Below are positions 13,994-26,779 of a stretch of 64,000 nt of DNA, one piece after another. Both the position numbers and the translations under genes were made by a program. The notes beneath the pieces are model-generated. The model had not been told where the DNA came from and made no database searches. It was given only the letters and a program-made list of their open reading frames with translations. Each line of letters begins with the position of its first letter. Position 1 is the first letter of the stretch. The stretch lies in the NCBI RefSeq assembly GCF_036321535.1, contig NC_087436.1:109246001-109310000 (forward strand), in the 5' to 3' direction. The DNA comes from Camelus dromedarius. Taxonomy: Eukaryota.

Positions 13994-16309
13994 CCACTTC
14001 TAGAATGGCAGAGTCAGAACTTCTAGAAATCCATTACTCAAGAAAAGCAAGAAAAGTAACAGCAAAAGATCAACTTTTTGAGAATTCTGAAAATTAACCA
14101 AAGACTTAGAGCAATCTGAGAAGACTTTATTTTTTTAAAAAGCTGAATTTTCATAAAAGTAGCACGATTTGTCGTGTTTTAGCCAGTCTATTACAAACCT
14201 CCTCTCCCCAGCTCCTTAGTAGAGTTGGAAACTAGCAGCCTCACATCCATGGCAGCTGTGAAAAGCAGCAGCCCCCAGGGGCCAGGAGCAAGGCAAAGAG
14301 GTCTGCTCTCGCCACTGCTCTTGAACATGGTACTGGAGGTGTTTGCCAGGGCACTTAGGCAAGAAAAAAGATAAATGGAATCAAGATTCAAAAGGGAAGA
14401 AGTAAGGGTACTTCTATTAACAGACAAAATTATCTTGTGTATAGAAAATCCTACAGAATACACACACACACACAAAATTAGAACCAATAAACTAATTCAG
14501 CAAGGTTGGAGGGCACAAATCAATACACAAAAATCAATTATATTTCTATACTCTAGCAATAACCCATTTGAAATGAAATTAAGAAAACAATTCAGTTTGC
14601 ATTAACATCACAAAAAACAAAATGCTTAGGAATAAATTTAACTGATGAGGTACAAAAGTTTGTGCACTGAAAATCACAAACATCCACTGCAGAAAAACGA
14701 AAGAAACCTGAATAAGTGGAGAGAAAGCCCATGTTCATGGATCAGAAGAATCAGTATTATTAAGATGGCAATATTCTCCACATTGATCAACAAATTAAAT
14801 ATAATCCTGATCAAAATACTAGCTTTTTTTTTTTGAAGAAATCAACAAACTGATCTTAAAATTCATGTAGATACACAAGGGACCAAGAATACCCAAAATA
14901 ATATTGAAAAGGAAGAACAGAGTTGGAGGACTTATACTTTCTGATTACAAGCTGACTACAAAGCTACAGAAATCATGACAGTGTGGTATTGGCATAAGGA
15001 TAGACTTATGTATCAACTGCATAGAATTGAAAGTCTAGAAATAAACTCATGTTTATGGGAAATTAATTACACAACAAGAATGCCAAGACAATTAAGTTGT
15101 GAAATATAACTTTTTCAACAAATTGTGCTGGGCACCCTATCTCCAATCATAAATAAAAATTAACTATAAATAGGTTATAGACTTACATACAAGAGCTAAA
15201 GCTACAGATTTTAGCAGATACATGGAATTAATTCTTCAGACCTCAGATTAGGTAACAGTTTTTTAGACATGACAATAACAATAAAAGCAACACCAAAAGA
15301 ACCCATAAATTGGACTTACTCTAAATTAAAAACATTTGTCCTACAAATTATACTATCAATAAAATGGAAGGACAACACAATGAATGGGAGAAACTATTTG
15401 TAAACTATCTGCCAAGGGAGTTGTATTCATAATACACGAAAAAAATTCTCATACACAACTTAATAATAAAAGGGCAAATTACTTAATTGAAAAATGGGAA
15501 AAAAAAGATAAGCATAGACATTTCTCCAAAGAAGATATGCAAATAGCCAATAATTACATGAAAGATGCCATTAGTCATTAGGGAAATGCAAGTCAAAACC
15601 ACAGTGACATACCATTTCATACTGAATAGGGTGGCTAAAATTGAAAAGAGAGATGATAACAAGCATTAACAACGATACGAATAAATTGGAAAACTCATAC
15701 GCTGCTGGTTGAATTGTAAAATTGTGCAGCCACTTTGGAAAGCAGTTTGACAGTTCCTCAAAATGTTAAACATTAGGGTTAGCGTAAGATGTAGCAATTG
15801 TACTCCTAAGTCCACACACAAGAAAACTGAAAACAATGAGCCATGCGTACATGAATGTACACTGCAGCATTATTCATAAAACCCAAAAAGTGGAAACAAT
15901 CCAAATGCCCATTAACTTATGAATAGTTAAACAAAATGTGGTGTAACCACACAATGGAATATTATTTTGTAGTAAGAAGTAATAACTTACTTATACATGC
16001 TACACCATGGAAGAATTTTGAAAACATATGCTAAGTGAAAGAAGCCAGTCACAAAAGGTCACATATTACGTGATTCCATTTGATCTGAAATGTTCAGTGA
16101 CTGCGAGGAGCATGGAGGTAGTGGGTAGGGAGAATGGGAGGTGATGGCTAATGGATACTGGGTTTCTTTTTGAAGGATGATAATAATATTGTAACATTAG
16201 TGGTGATGACTGTGCAACTCTACAAATATATTAAAACAACTGAACTACACACTTTAAAAATTAAATTGTACATTATGTAAATTCTATTTTTACTAAGTTC
16301 TTAGAAAAA
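13994..16309 (+). mobile_element. LINE-1 (L1MB-like), internally deleted: 5'UTR start fused to ORF2 RT/C-terminal region plus 3'UTR; non-functional
   Basis: ORF-track pieces align to L1 ORF2p: 'REEVRVLLLTDKIILCIENP' (cf. [20 protein letters not shown], catalytic FADD lost), 'NKWRESPCSWIRRISIIKMAI', 'RHFSKEDMQIANNYMK'. L1MB-type 3'UTR at about 15950-16309. 13994-14270 resembles an old L1 5' end. Flanks aaaacctagtgcca / aaaatatagtacca (11/14 identical). Confidence 0.9.
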
Positions 16310-19300
16310 TATAGTACCAAAGATTGACATAAGAAAAAAATAGAAGAGCAAATTCATAAAAAGTTCTCAGTACAGAGACAGGCACCACAGTATTCAGGAC
16401 ATGTTAGCTATAATTAACTGTAATTAGTATTTGAAAACAAACATACTTATTAAAATTGATTTTTAAATTATAATAACAATATAGAACACTTGGTTTTTCA
16501 AGATGAATGCAATATTCCTAACCACTACTTGACTAATTTACTCTTACAAACCCGTAACATGCTTTTGTAAATAAATATCATTTGATGGCAATAGCTGTAA
16601 CATGTATTTATTAGTTTTATATCTAGAAAGTGCCATCTTCTGATACGTTTGGTTTTTTTTTGTCTCCAAGTAGGACTTTTTTTTTCCTGTGTCATCATAA
16701 TTTCCTTTCTCTATAATACTGTTCCTTATGTGAATGTACAGAAATCCATATGGAATTTAACTGAAAATAACACATTAAAAAACATGCCTGGTGTCACAAA
16801 AGACACTGAGTAACAACTAAACAACCACTAACTCTAATAGTGCTTTTTGCAAAAATGAAGAACGAGTTTACAATACAGTGACATATGTCTGTCCTTAGTA
16901 AAAAGCTGCATTTTCTTACATATAGCAGTTTAACTGTCTACTGCAAGTTTTGTTTGTTTTTGATGATTTTCTTATAGTCTTACTTTAAAGACAGCTGCAA
17001 CTGGAAACCTAATTTTAATTTAATCAGGGGAACCAGTCTTGACTCTGAGACTTTACAAATTTATCTATATTTTATGCCTTTTGTTTCCTTGTCAAAAGTT
17101 GGACCAAATAATCCAGAAGACCATTTTAAATCCATAAGGTCATGATTTCATGTCTTAACTTCATTATAATTATCTGTTAGAATCCTACTATTATACATGT
17201 TCCTCCCATAGCATCATTTTTCTGCAGAAAGGAAGAAAATACCCTTCCCAAATCAAAAAAGTCCCAAAACCAAGCATGAGAAATGACAGTGAGCATATGC
17301 TGACAAACATAAACAACTATCTTGGGGGATTATACAGTTATTATGAATATAACACATCATGGATTCTAAGTGCATTAAAGCTATTAGTTATTTTTTCCTT
17401 TCAAACGTGTTTTGGAATCAGCAAGTATCATTCTCCCTACCCTCTAGGACAAAACTCAAATGAAAAGAACAACCCATTTTTCAAAAAACAAGCTGACGCA
17501 ATGTTATGAAAGAAAAATAATTCACAATAGTGCTAATCTAACACCACATCATTATCACCAAACACCTTGTTTTTATTCACACTTTGTACAATTACATTTA
17601 CGTTTCAGGGGCACTTAAAGACCTCAAACAGAAATCAAGTTCTATGAGGAGATGAGGATGGCAGACTCAACTGACTTGAGCTGTGCTATTTCCTGGAATA
17701 TTGATTCATTCTAAACTAGTTGAAAAGAAAAATTTATACACCAAACAGCTGATGAAAAAAGAACCACAAAGTCAACTGACCACTCAGCTAGATTTGCAGA
17801 GCCAATGCTGCTAATGTTGTGGTCACTGAGATGCAAAATGAGAAAGTTTGTAGAGCAGTGCTAACGATGTAAGGTTTCAGTGGAAACAAAACAAAACAAA
17901 ACATAACAAAGCAAAAACCTAAGTGGGAGAAGGAAAAGAAAGATTGCAAAGGAGAAAATAAAAAATGACAACATTAGAGTAGGCACACAATCTGACAAAA
18001 CCTTAAGCAGGTGGGTAAGCCAAGGAAAGCCTGTCCCCCTGTAATGAAGAATGTGAACTAGTGGGATTAGTTATGACCCTAAGTACCTCATTCACAGGCA
18101 AATAATTAGTGCCTGTCTGGTTATTTTTATTGCAAATGAAAATAAGAAACAAACGCTCTGTCCACATAACTATTAAGCCAGCTCAGACTGTTCGAGGAAC
18201 AATTATGGGTTAGGGTTTTATCCTTGCAGTGAAAGGGAAGTTATCTAAGAGTTCACAGTACTGGGTTCAAATGAATGTGTTAGGAAAATATATTTATTTG
18301 CTATTTGTCAAATTACTTCACTTGTCTGGATAGCTTCTCATTAAAAGAAGTTATTGGGCTCACAGTGTTCAAAATTTATGGGTTGAATTCTACGTCTGCA
18401 TTAAAACCATTAAAAGAACTGAAGTAGACATTCCAACATGACCATCACCTCCTTTCTTCTCCCTGGAAATTCCTGGGGTATAGTTCCAAGGAAACTTGAG
18501 GTTCCCTGGAACACATTTTGATTATCACTGCACTCACTAGGATCTTGATGACTCTCTCCCATTCTGCAACTCTTTGATGTACAATACACTCTAAAAGCCA
18601 ATGCATCATGTTCCATGTAGTCATTGAAATTGTTTTTAAAATTAATATGTGGCCATGAGATTGAAACTGAAGCTCCAAATTTGTAAACATCTTTCAGGCT
18701 ACTATCATTCTTTTAAAAAATTTAACATATATGAAACAAGCAACATAGATTCTTCTTTGACAGAAAACAGATTGCCACAATTCAAATAAGATAAATAATG
18801 TTTATTACAGGGGTGGGCTGTTGGTGACCAATGCTGTATGATTTCATGTAATTTTAAAGTTTTGATACCTATAATAACTATGAACTACATTTGGAACATT
18901 TATATTTAAATTTGAGCTATAAAAATGTTTTGAAACATATTACTTAAGCATAAGGAGCAAGTTTTGCCTATTTTCCAGTGAAATAAAATTAACTGCTTTT
19001 AATTAACTCACTAATTACAAATAACGCTTGCCAATTCATTTTAAAAAGGCCGGAAAACAAGTATTCAATGTTACGTCCAGTCTTAAAGGCTGTAAGTAAC
19101 AGCAATAAGGCTACATTTATTCATTTTTTTAAACACAGTTTCTCAGAAGTTTTGTTTATTTATTTATAGGATTTTGTTCAGCCTAGCTATCGATATTATA
19201 TGACCAAACTCATGTATACTGAGTTATGAGGTTTCATTTTATAACCAAACTAAATTAGTTTCCTGGAAAATAAATAAGCAGTTAGGGGAAACGGTATCAT

Positions 19301-20449
19301 TCCCAATTAGCTAGATTTCAGCTGGTCCATGTTTAATGTCATAATACAATAAAATAATCTGGCAAATGTTGCTGTTAGGAACTAGCTTCATTAGGAAAGT
19401 CAGGAAAAAGCTGCAGCTCTGCATATCCTCAGCATATACTTGATAATTAAAGCCATATGCCTCCATCAGTCTGGAAAGAACATGAATAATAGGAGGAGAA
19501 ACAAAGGAACCAGCTTAGAAACCTGTTGTTAGAAATGGTTGAATGTACAGCTAGGTCAAAAATCACGCTGCACTTCACCTCTCTAAGTCTGAATTTAAAT
19601 TTCCTGGAAACAATTATCACCTTCATTCCTAAAAACATGTTTGTTATGACAGATATCATCAATATTCTATGTTTTAATCTGAGCGGCTAAGAGCCAACAT
19701 CATTTAATGAACATGCCTTTATCCCATGAAACATTGAACTATGTGTTCCGGGGACAATATAAAAAGGAAAAGAAGACACAGTCTGAGAAACAATTAGCAA
19801 ATTTTCTAAATGGAGAGTCAGAACTCATTCTTGTACTTTAAAAAAAAAAAAAAGGCTTCAGAATGCTTTCAACTTGTCATACAAATAAGGGCGAATTAAT
19901 AGAGTAAAAACTGAGTAGATAATTCGAAGGAGACGTGGAATAAGAGTCACTTAGAGTTCATTAAGTAAGTCTTACCAACAGAGGTTAAGCCTAAGCCAGG
20001 TTTTGAAAGACAAGACAGAAATGGAATGGTTGGGAAACAGAGAGAAGAGAGAGCGTGGTAAAAAAGCATGCAAATACAAAGAGATCCAGGAAGAACACAA
20101 GCTTACAGACTGAAATGAGCCTGATGGGGAGCTATACTTTTGGGCGTAAAGAACTCCATATTGGAATTGGTACAACTAAGAAAATTTAAGGCCTGTGAGA
20201 GGATTCAAGAGAGTTAAATACCCTTCAAAACATGGGTTTGATAAAATTAGCCAAACTGAGTCATTATGCATGTTTTGATGGGAAGTAAACCAACAAAACA
20301 AGAAACACTAGCATCCTAGAAAAGCTATGTAGCGATCAAAATAATTCTAAAATATATTTAGACATATATGTAATAACTTTACTTTCAGACTGAATCATCC
20401 TTAACATGGAATTATCGTTACAACTGTAAATGTCAGAATATGCAGTTTA

Positions 20450-20880
20450 TTTTTTTATGCAATTTATACGCCAGCTACTTCCAAAACAGATTTTTGAAGG
20501 GCATAGATAGAGTAAAATCATAAAAGAACATTAAAATAGTAAATGAGGGTGAGCAAGACTATAGCAGCAACCCTTACCTAAGAAAAGCTACTGCCATTTC
20601 ACACAAAACTGAGCACTGGGTTTCTGGTATGCAAAGCAAAAGCTAAAATGGATTCTTTCATTCCTTTATTTATTCTGTCATGGAAGCATGGAAGCAAATA
20701 TTTTTTGATAACATAACATGTATAAAATTATGGTCAAATACAAAGGAAGACCAGTTCATCAGGAGCTAATTTTTTCTTTTAGTTCTGAATTCAAAAAGGA
20801 ATTTTTTTTTGTTTTGATATTTAAACCGGAGATACCAATCAGCATAAAGAAGGAATGGTGTTCCTTTTGTCAAAATTACT
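20450..20880. mobile_element. MamRep605-like ancient repeat
   Basis: 'cagctacttccaaaacagattt', 'tttctggtatgcaaagcaaaag' and 'ccagttcatcaggag...ttctgaattcaaaaaggaattt' resemble recalled MamRep605 blocks. Confidence 0.55.
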
Positions 20881-21269
20881 AAACTGCAAATGTTCTATTT
20901 AAGGCTATTTCTTAAAACAAACTTTGATGAAACTTGGGGCAAAATCCTTGTAAATATTATGTAAAGGCAATGCTTTAGAATAAATAATGCAGGTATACTC
21001 CACTTGAGTAATCTGATATAGGAATTAAGAAGAATAAATGGTGTCCTTCCTAGCAAAATTACAACTGTTAATGTTCTAATTAGGGCTAATAACAAACCCT
21101 GGTCAAGTTGAGGACAAAATATTTGGATAAATGCAAATGACGTAGGTAAGCTCCATTTTGGCAATCTAATGTAGTAATTTGGATGAATGATTGGGGTAGC
21201 CCATAATTTTCAGGATATTTGCTGAGCTGAAATTGACATTTTCTTTTCTTTTTGTCTCCTTCTCCTTCT

Positions 21270-21845
21270 TCTTTTTAAACCTGCCTCACCTTACCCCCAC
21301 CTTCTCCAATAATAGGGGTGGGTTTGTATTTCATGACCCTGTGCCATTGGCCACAGTTCACTGGAACAGAGCTGGACAGCAGACTAAAGGTGTCCTATAA
21401 GATGCTTGTTTACCAAACACTGTTCTGAGATTATCTTCTTGAGTTTGGGCTGCTCCTTCACACAGAAGGGAGATAAACTAGAGAGCAGTTAGAAAGCCAT
21501 CTTCTACTCATGTGTCTCTTTGCACTTAGCGAAGGATAAGATGGAGGAAGAGGGGAGGAAAGGGAGGAAAGGGGCAGAGGGGTGAGGGAAGGAGGAGGGA
21601 AGAGAGGTCAGGAAGGGGAGAAGGAAAGAGAAAGGGAAGAGGAGAAGAAAAGGAGAAGAGAGATGAGGAAGGGGGGGGTGAGGTGGGCTGCTTGGGCTCC
21701 TTCCCATGGCTTTTCAATTCTTGATTCTATTTTCAAGGCTTATTGAGGACTTGCAGGCTTTTTTGCCCTTTGGTTTCATGTATCTACTATTTTAAACGAG
21801 CTTTGGAAAAGAATATCACCATAATCAATGCCTCTGCTCTAATAC
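21270..21845 (+). mobile_element. Old ERVL solo LTR (LTR16-like), interrupted by a GA-rich tract
   Basis: 'cattggccacagttcactggaacagagctggacagcagactaaag' resembles the LTR16 'ggccacagtgattggtccagggatgggca' block. Ends '...ctctaatac'. Confidence 0.4.
21531..21686 (+). repeat. Polypurine (GA-rich) low-complexity tract
   Basis: About 155 nt almost entirely G/A (GGAGGAAAGGGAGGAAAGGGG...). Confidence 0.95.
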
Positions 21846-23379
21846 CAGTGGAAGAAAAGCAGGGAAATGCCTGGTCAGAATGAGCAGCGTTTCACCAATA
21901 CAACATTTTAGTTTATCCAAATTGCCACAATGCCCTGGGAACATGAAAGTAGCCAAACCAGCGAGGTCAATGCCCAGACGGTGACCTGGTCTTCTATTCC
22001 AGGGGTCTCAAATGTCGCATGGTTTGGCCTCAAACTGGTTTGCTTGTGCCATGATGAACAGCCAATCTTAGGTATTTTGAGCAAGCTCCATTTCACTAGT
22101 CTTGTGCTTTTAATTTGCTTCATCTTTTTTTTTCTCACGACTGCTCCCATTTTATTATTTCTTCCCCTTCTTGCAAAATTTAGTTGTCATTAACCAAAAG
22201 TTCTCCAAAGCGCGCCTAAGGGTCATGGTATGAACTTAGAAATTAAAAACATTGTTTTAGGTGTAAAGTAAATGATGTAGTAAATACAAATTGAACACAC
22301 ACTATATGCACTACACTGTGCAAGACACATGGGAAGATTAAAGAGGAAATAGCAACACGCTATCTTGTGGTAATTCTTCAAGTGACATAGTAACTGAATT
22401 TAGCTTATAAAAGTTTCTATCTACCTGCATTCCCTATGATAATCTTGACTCTGTCCAGCCAGATATATTTTCTATGGCCGGCAGGGTTCTATAGCTAACT
22501 GAATTGGAATACTCCTTTGCCATACGGAATACTCCTTTTCCATAGAACATTAAGGGCAAGTTCTATTTTGGCTGAACTGTGGGATCTACATATATACTGG
22601 ATTATTTCCCTCTTCTGCTTCCGTTGCGAAAAAACCCTCAGAACAAAAACTAAGATTTAAACTTGCACCTATTGTCTATTTGTCATAATGTAAAAAAAAA
22701 AAAGTTTTTGAATCTTGTTGATTCAATTTATATGCCTAAGGATCTTACTTTATGTTAATTTTAAATATGAATTGTATACATATAGGCATTTATTCTGATA
22801 ATGGTTTACAATCCCTTAAATGTTAATGTCTTCATTCAAAGACAGAATCCACTCTCTTCTCTATCTGTATTACTCTCTTCAACTACATTTGACTGAAAAG
22901 GCTAGCTTACTCTTGCCTGGAAAGCAAGATATCAGAACCCTGATATGAATGAATATTCTGGAAATCCAAGGTCACAATATACATTTCAGCTGAAACCTTC
23001 TACAGAGAGCATTAAATTGTTAGTATGTTGGCCTGTGTGGGAGGGTCCTGCTCTAATCTCCATGCTACGTATTCACATGGACAGTATTACTGCCAAACAT
23101 GATATTTAGCCCTTTCATCTGCAAAATGGAAATAATAAAAGTACTTACATCACAGGATTTTTATGATGATCTAGTGACGTGTTTCTATGAAAGTACTCTG
23201 CACACTCTGAAGCTACTTTAAAGAGGTACTTATTTATTTAATCCACTGATAAACTCGGTGTCCCTAAGAGCAATGGTTAGGTGACGTCCTATTGACAAGG
23301 GGCAATAAAGAGCTCAGGAAGCTCAATACCATTAGTGAGTGTGGTCCTGAAAACTCATCAAAGACCATAAAGAAGCCCG

Positions 23380-24900
23380 GTGCTAGACACTACGGGGAAT
23401 TAAAATGGGTCTTAGACATTGACTTTCTTTTCCTAGAGCTTATTTTGGGGCATAAGACATGAACTATAATGATTAAAGAGAATAATGCATGATCACTTTT
23501 AAAGAAATAGGATCACTATTGAAATAAACACTTAAAGATTTCATTTCAGAAGAGTTTCATGGAAGTGAGAAGTAAGCCTAGACTGTGAGAAAATGGTTGG
23601 ATTAAACAAACAGAAAAATGATGAACAATATGAGAGACACAGAGGACCCTGCAATCATAAAGGGCTACGTGTGAAGGGGAGGTCCAGGAGAGAGGAAAGC
23701 AGGAAACATAAAACTGGAATCTGACTGGCCTGAACAGAGGGGGATCCTCCTGTGCACTTGATGCTTTGTGAATCTTCCCTCATGACTTCAATCCAGTGCA
23801 CGGGCAGTAAGTGTTATACGGTATTTCTCATGGATTCTCTCGGAAAAGTATCTCATCTATGCAGCCTAGGTGGGCCCTAGAGGCGGGAAATAATCTCTGT
23901 GTGTTTAGGTCTTCTGGCCACTAGATTGGAAGCTGGTCATTGCTGGATTATTACCTTGAATGTCTGGGGAAGGCATTTAGATTTTGTGGCTTCTCATTTC
24001 CTACGAAGACTAGAAACGGTGTGGCCAGGGAGAAATTTCCTGCTAATAGCAGAGGCAAGAGATAGTGCAAGCCAGGCACAGAGAAAGCAAGGGGAGTGGC
24101 AGATCTGAAGGACAGAGATGCAGGAAGAATCAGCAGAATTTTGACAATCAATTGGTTATCAAATGTCTCAGTGATCTAGAGCCTGGGCATTGAAGGGGAA
24201 TTTGGGGGTCATTAACAGAAAAAGGAAAAACACGAGGAGAAGCTAGTTTACAGGAAAGGTGGTAAGCTGGGCTTTGAGATGGTTGGCTGGAGTCGCCTCA
24301 GAAACAGACAGATGGGCGTGTCGGCACAGTCAGAAATAAAAGGCCCAGAACATGAGATACGGATTGGAGTGTGATATACAGATCCGTGCGTCACGTACAG
24401 AATGTAACATTTGATATAAGGCCTACATGTTAGTGAAGGAGGGTGGGGAGTGATGGGAGGCTCAGAACAGAAGAAGAGAAACCTTCCATTACCTTCCAAA
24501 AGCACAGAGGAGTAACAGAGAGCTGGGACGGGGAAGAAAGGTAAGTGATTAAAGAGATCGTCGGATATGGTGATCAGATAACAAGTGAACATTCAGAACA
24601 CAGTATCCGCCAAGATTCAGAGAGAAGAGAGCGTGTGCTGAGTAGACACAAGTAGATCAAAAAGGAGAAACAAGTGAAAAAGGGGAAAAGATGGACTATG
24701 GAGAGACTGAAGGAGCAACAGTAGACTATGAAGGTAAAAGATGTAATCATTGATTTCAAATGTTATAGAAACTTTTCGTATTCTGAAACAGGAGGGGAGG
24801 AGAAAGGTCCAGAGGAGAACAGAAGAAACATTTCAGGAAACTGGGTCAGACGCTCACCAAAGCAGAGAGTGAGGCCATGACTGAAAGTGAGAAGTCAAGG
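23380..24900 (-). mobile_element. Fragmented LINE-2 sequence
   Basis: Purine-rich reverse-L2 motifs ('ggtgctagacactacgggga', 'gcagaggcaagagatagtg', 'agcagaattttgacaatcaattgg', 'gggctttgagatgg'). Probably several fragments. Confidence 0.55.
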
Positions 24901-25109
24901 CTTAAATGGGAAAGCATTAGGGTTCAGTTGGGTCGGAAGACTTCACTTTTGTACTGCTGGCACATCAGAACGAGAACTGCTTATAAACTTGCTTTTAACG
25001 CCAATATTTTTGCATTTTAAATTAAAATCATGAGTGTATGTGCAACAGATCTTTTGATATTTGTACTTGACAATGACGCTGTAAGATAAATAGATTATCA
25101 TCTATAATA

Positions 25110-25305
25110 GTAGTAATAGTAATAACAATAGAGTGGTTAGGCTCAAAGTACATAGCTTAGATTAATTGTCACACAAATTCTAAGAGCTCAGTACCATTAT
25201 TATCCCCATTTTACATCTAAAGAGCCCAGAGCTTAGAAAAGGGAACTGGATTTAGGTGGTACGTAGCAGGCCAGAGATGCAACTTATGGCTGGATGATTC
25301 CGCTG
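25110..25305 (-). mobile_element. MIR SINE
   Basis: 'ccattattatccccattttacatctaaagagcccagagcttagaaaagg' is the reverse MIR core. Confidence 0.75.
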
Positions 25306-26024
25306 TGACATCAAGGCTCCTCATTTCTACTCCCTGAGAGAAGAGCTACATCTGGCAACTGAGAATTGCTGTGCACTGTGTGAAATCAGGATGGAGCTGA
25401 ATGAAGATGCTGGGGGCAGCCGTCGGCATGAAATCGTCACAATATACAAGCCAAATACATAAACAGGCCAACTGACATATTCTGCTCTATGTTTATCTGC
25501 ACATGTTCCCTAATACCAGCCTGACTCACAACAGAGTTAAGAGAAATTGTGCGTGTCCACACAACAGATCAGTACGCTGACTGCTGGATATGGTGACTAA
25601 CCCGCCTTGAAACCAGGCATCCGGTGTGAAAGGGCCCTTTGATCACTGGTGGGGATCACGACAGCCCTGAGGACTCTCACTGCCCCAGAATATCTGCTGA
25701 ATCTTTACGCCTGAGCCTTGCTGAGAGATGAGAAACATCTTTATCAGAGGGAAGACATTCCAAATCATGGCTCTTTGAAGGTATTCCCAGGAAGGTTTTT
25801 GTTTTTGTTGTTGTTTGGGTTTCTTTAGTGCTGGTCCAAAGCCAGTATAGCACTGTCCCCTCGGGCTCTAAACTCAGAGTCATGAGAAAACAATGGCTAA
25901 CATGAAAGTCCATTTGCAAGCCCATTTCCTTCACCCATTCAACAACTTTTAATGAGTGAGCACTGGACTAGACCATGTGATGCTGGCCCTCATGGAATTT
26001 CAGACTGCAGTTAGCTAAAAACCA

Positions 26025-26080
26025 CATACATACATACATACATACATACATACATACATACATACATACATACATACATA
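26025..26080. repeat. (CATA)14 tetranucleotide microsatellite
   Basis: Perfect 56-nt run read directly. Confidence 0.98.
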
Positions 26081-26779
26081 AATAAAAATTTAACAAACAC
26101 ACGAATAAATAAAACTCCAAACTCAGTTAAGTAAATTGGTGGCATTTAATATTAAACTGCAATTTTTTTCTCCCCAAAGTAAAAATCAAAAGGATATATC
26201 CATCCTTTTCTAAATGTAACACCTCTCCTGCTTCCCATTTCAAGTTAGATCTATAATAACAGTTAAAGGAAAAGACCTCAAAAACATGCACGATTTTATA
26301 GTCTAATCATCGCGTCTCATTTTCCCACCTGTCTTTGAGAGCCGTCGTAGTTTTAAACAACATTTGCAAGTACAATAATATTTCTGTACTTGGACAATGG
26401 ACTGTGTAACAAATCTGAAAACACAGGAACTACTTAAGAGAAATATTTAGATTGTGTCTAATTTAAATAGATAGTCCATTGGGCAAGGACTGTGTCTAAT
26501 TCTACATTAGGTACAGCACATTGCAAAATGTTGGCACTCAATAAATGTAAAATAATAACAACAGTCTTTTCCCTTTTAAAGTATATAATTACAGCTACCC
26601 CCTACCGCACACCAAGCTCAGTGACAGATCTTTTGTTTATTAAACCCACAGCCCTGAAGGCATCCAGTATTGCAGCTTCAATACGAGTAGCGGTGAAGTC
26701 CTCTCTCCTTTAGGTAAAACTTTAAATATCTACAAATCCCTGAAGAACATCTTAATTTAGCCATCCACCAACTATATTA

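Noticed and set aside
14375..15581. ORFs with reverse-transcriptase-like peptides
   Set aside because: These are frameshifted, stop-riddled LINE-1 ORF2 remnants with the catalytic FADD decayed to LTDK, not a novel RT system.
18460..18520. Cluster of STAT-like TTCNNNNGAA motifs
   Set aside because: Context ('ggttccctggaacacattttg') resembles a decayed hAT MITE end, which explains the motifs without invoking function.
21504..21717. Pro/Ser/Phe/Leu-rich ORFs
   Set aside because: Translation artefacts of the GA-rich tract.
21900..22230. Faint resemblance to a pogo/Tigger transposase N-terminus on the minus strand (e.g. 'PGIEDQVTVW')
   Set aside because: Needs several frameshifts, and I found no TIR or TA duplication. 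Cannot be supported without an nhmmer/Dfam search.
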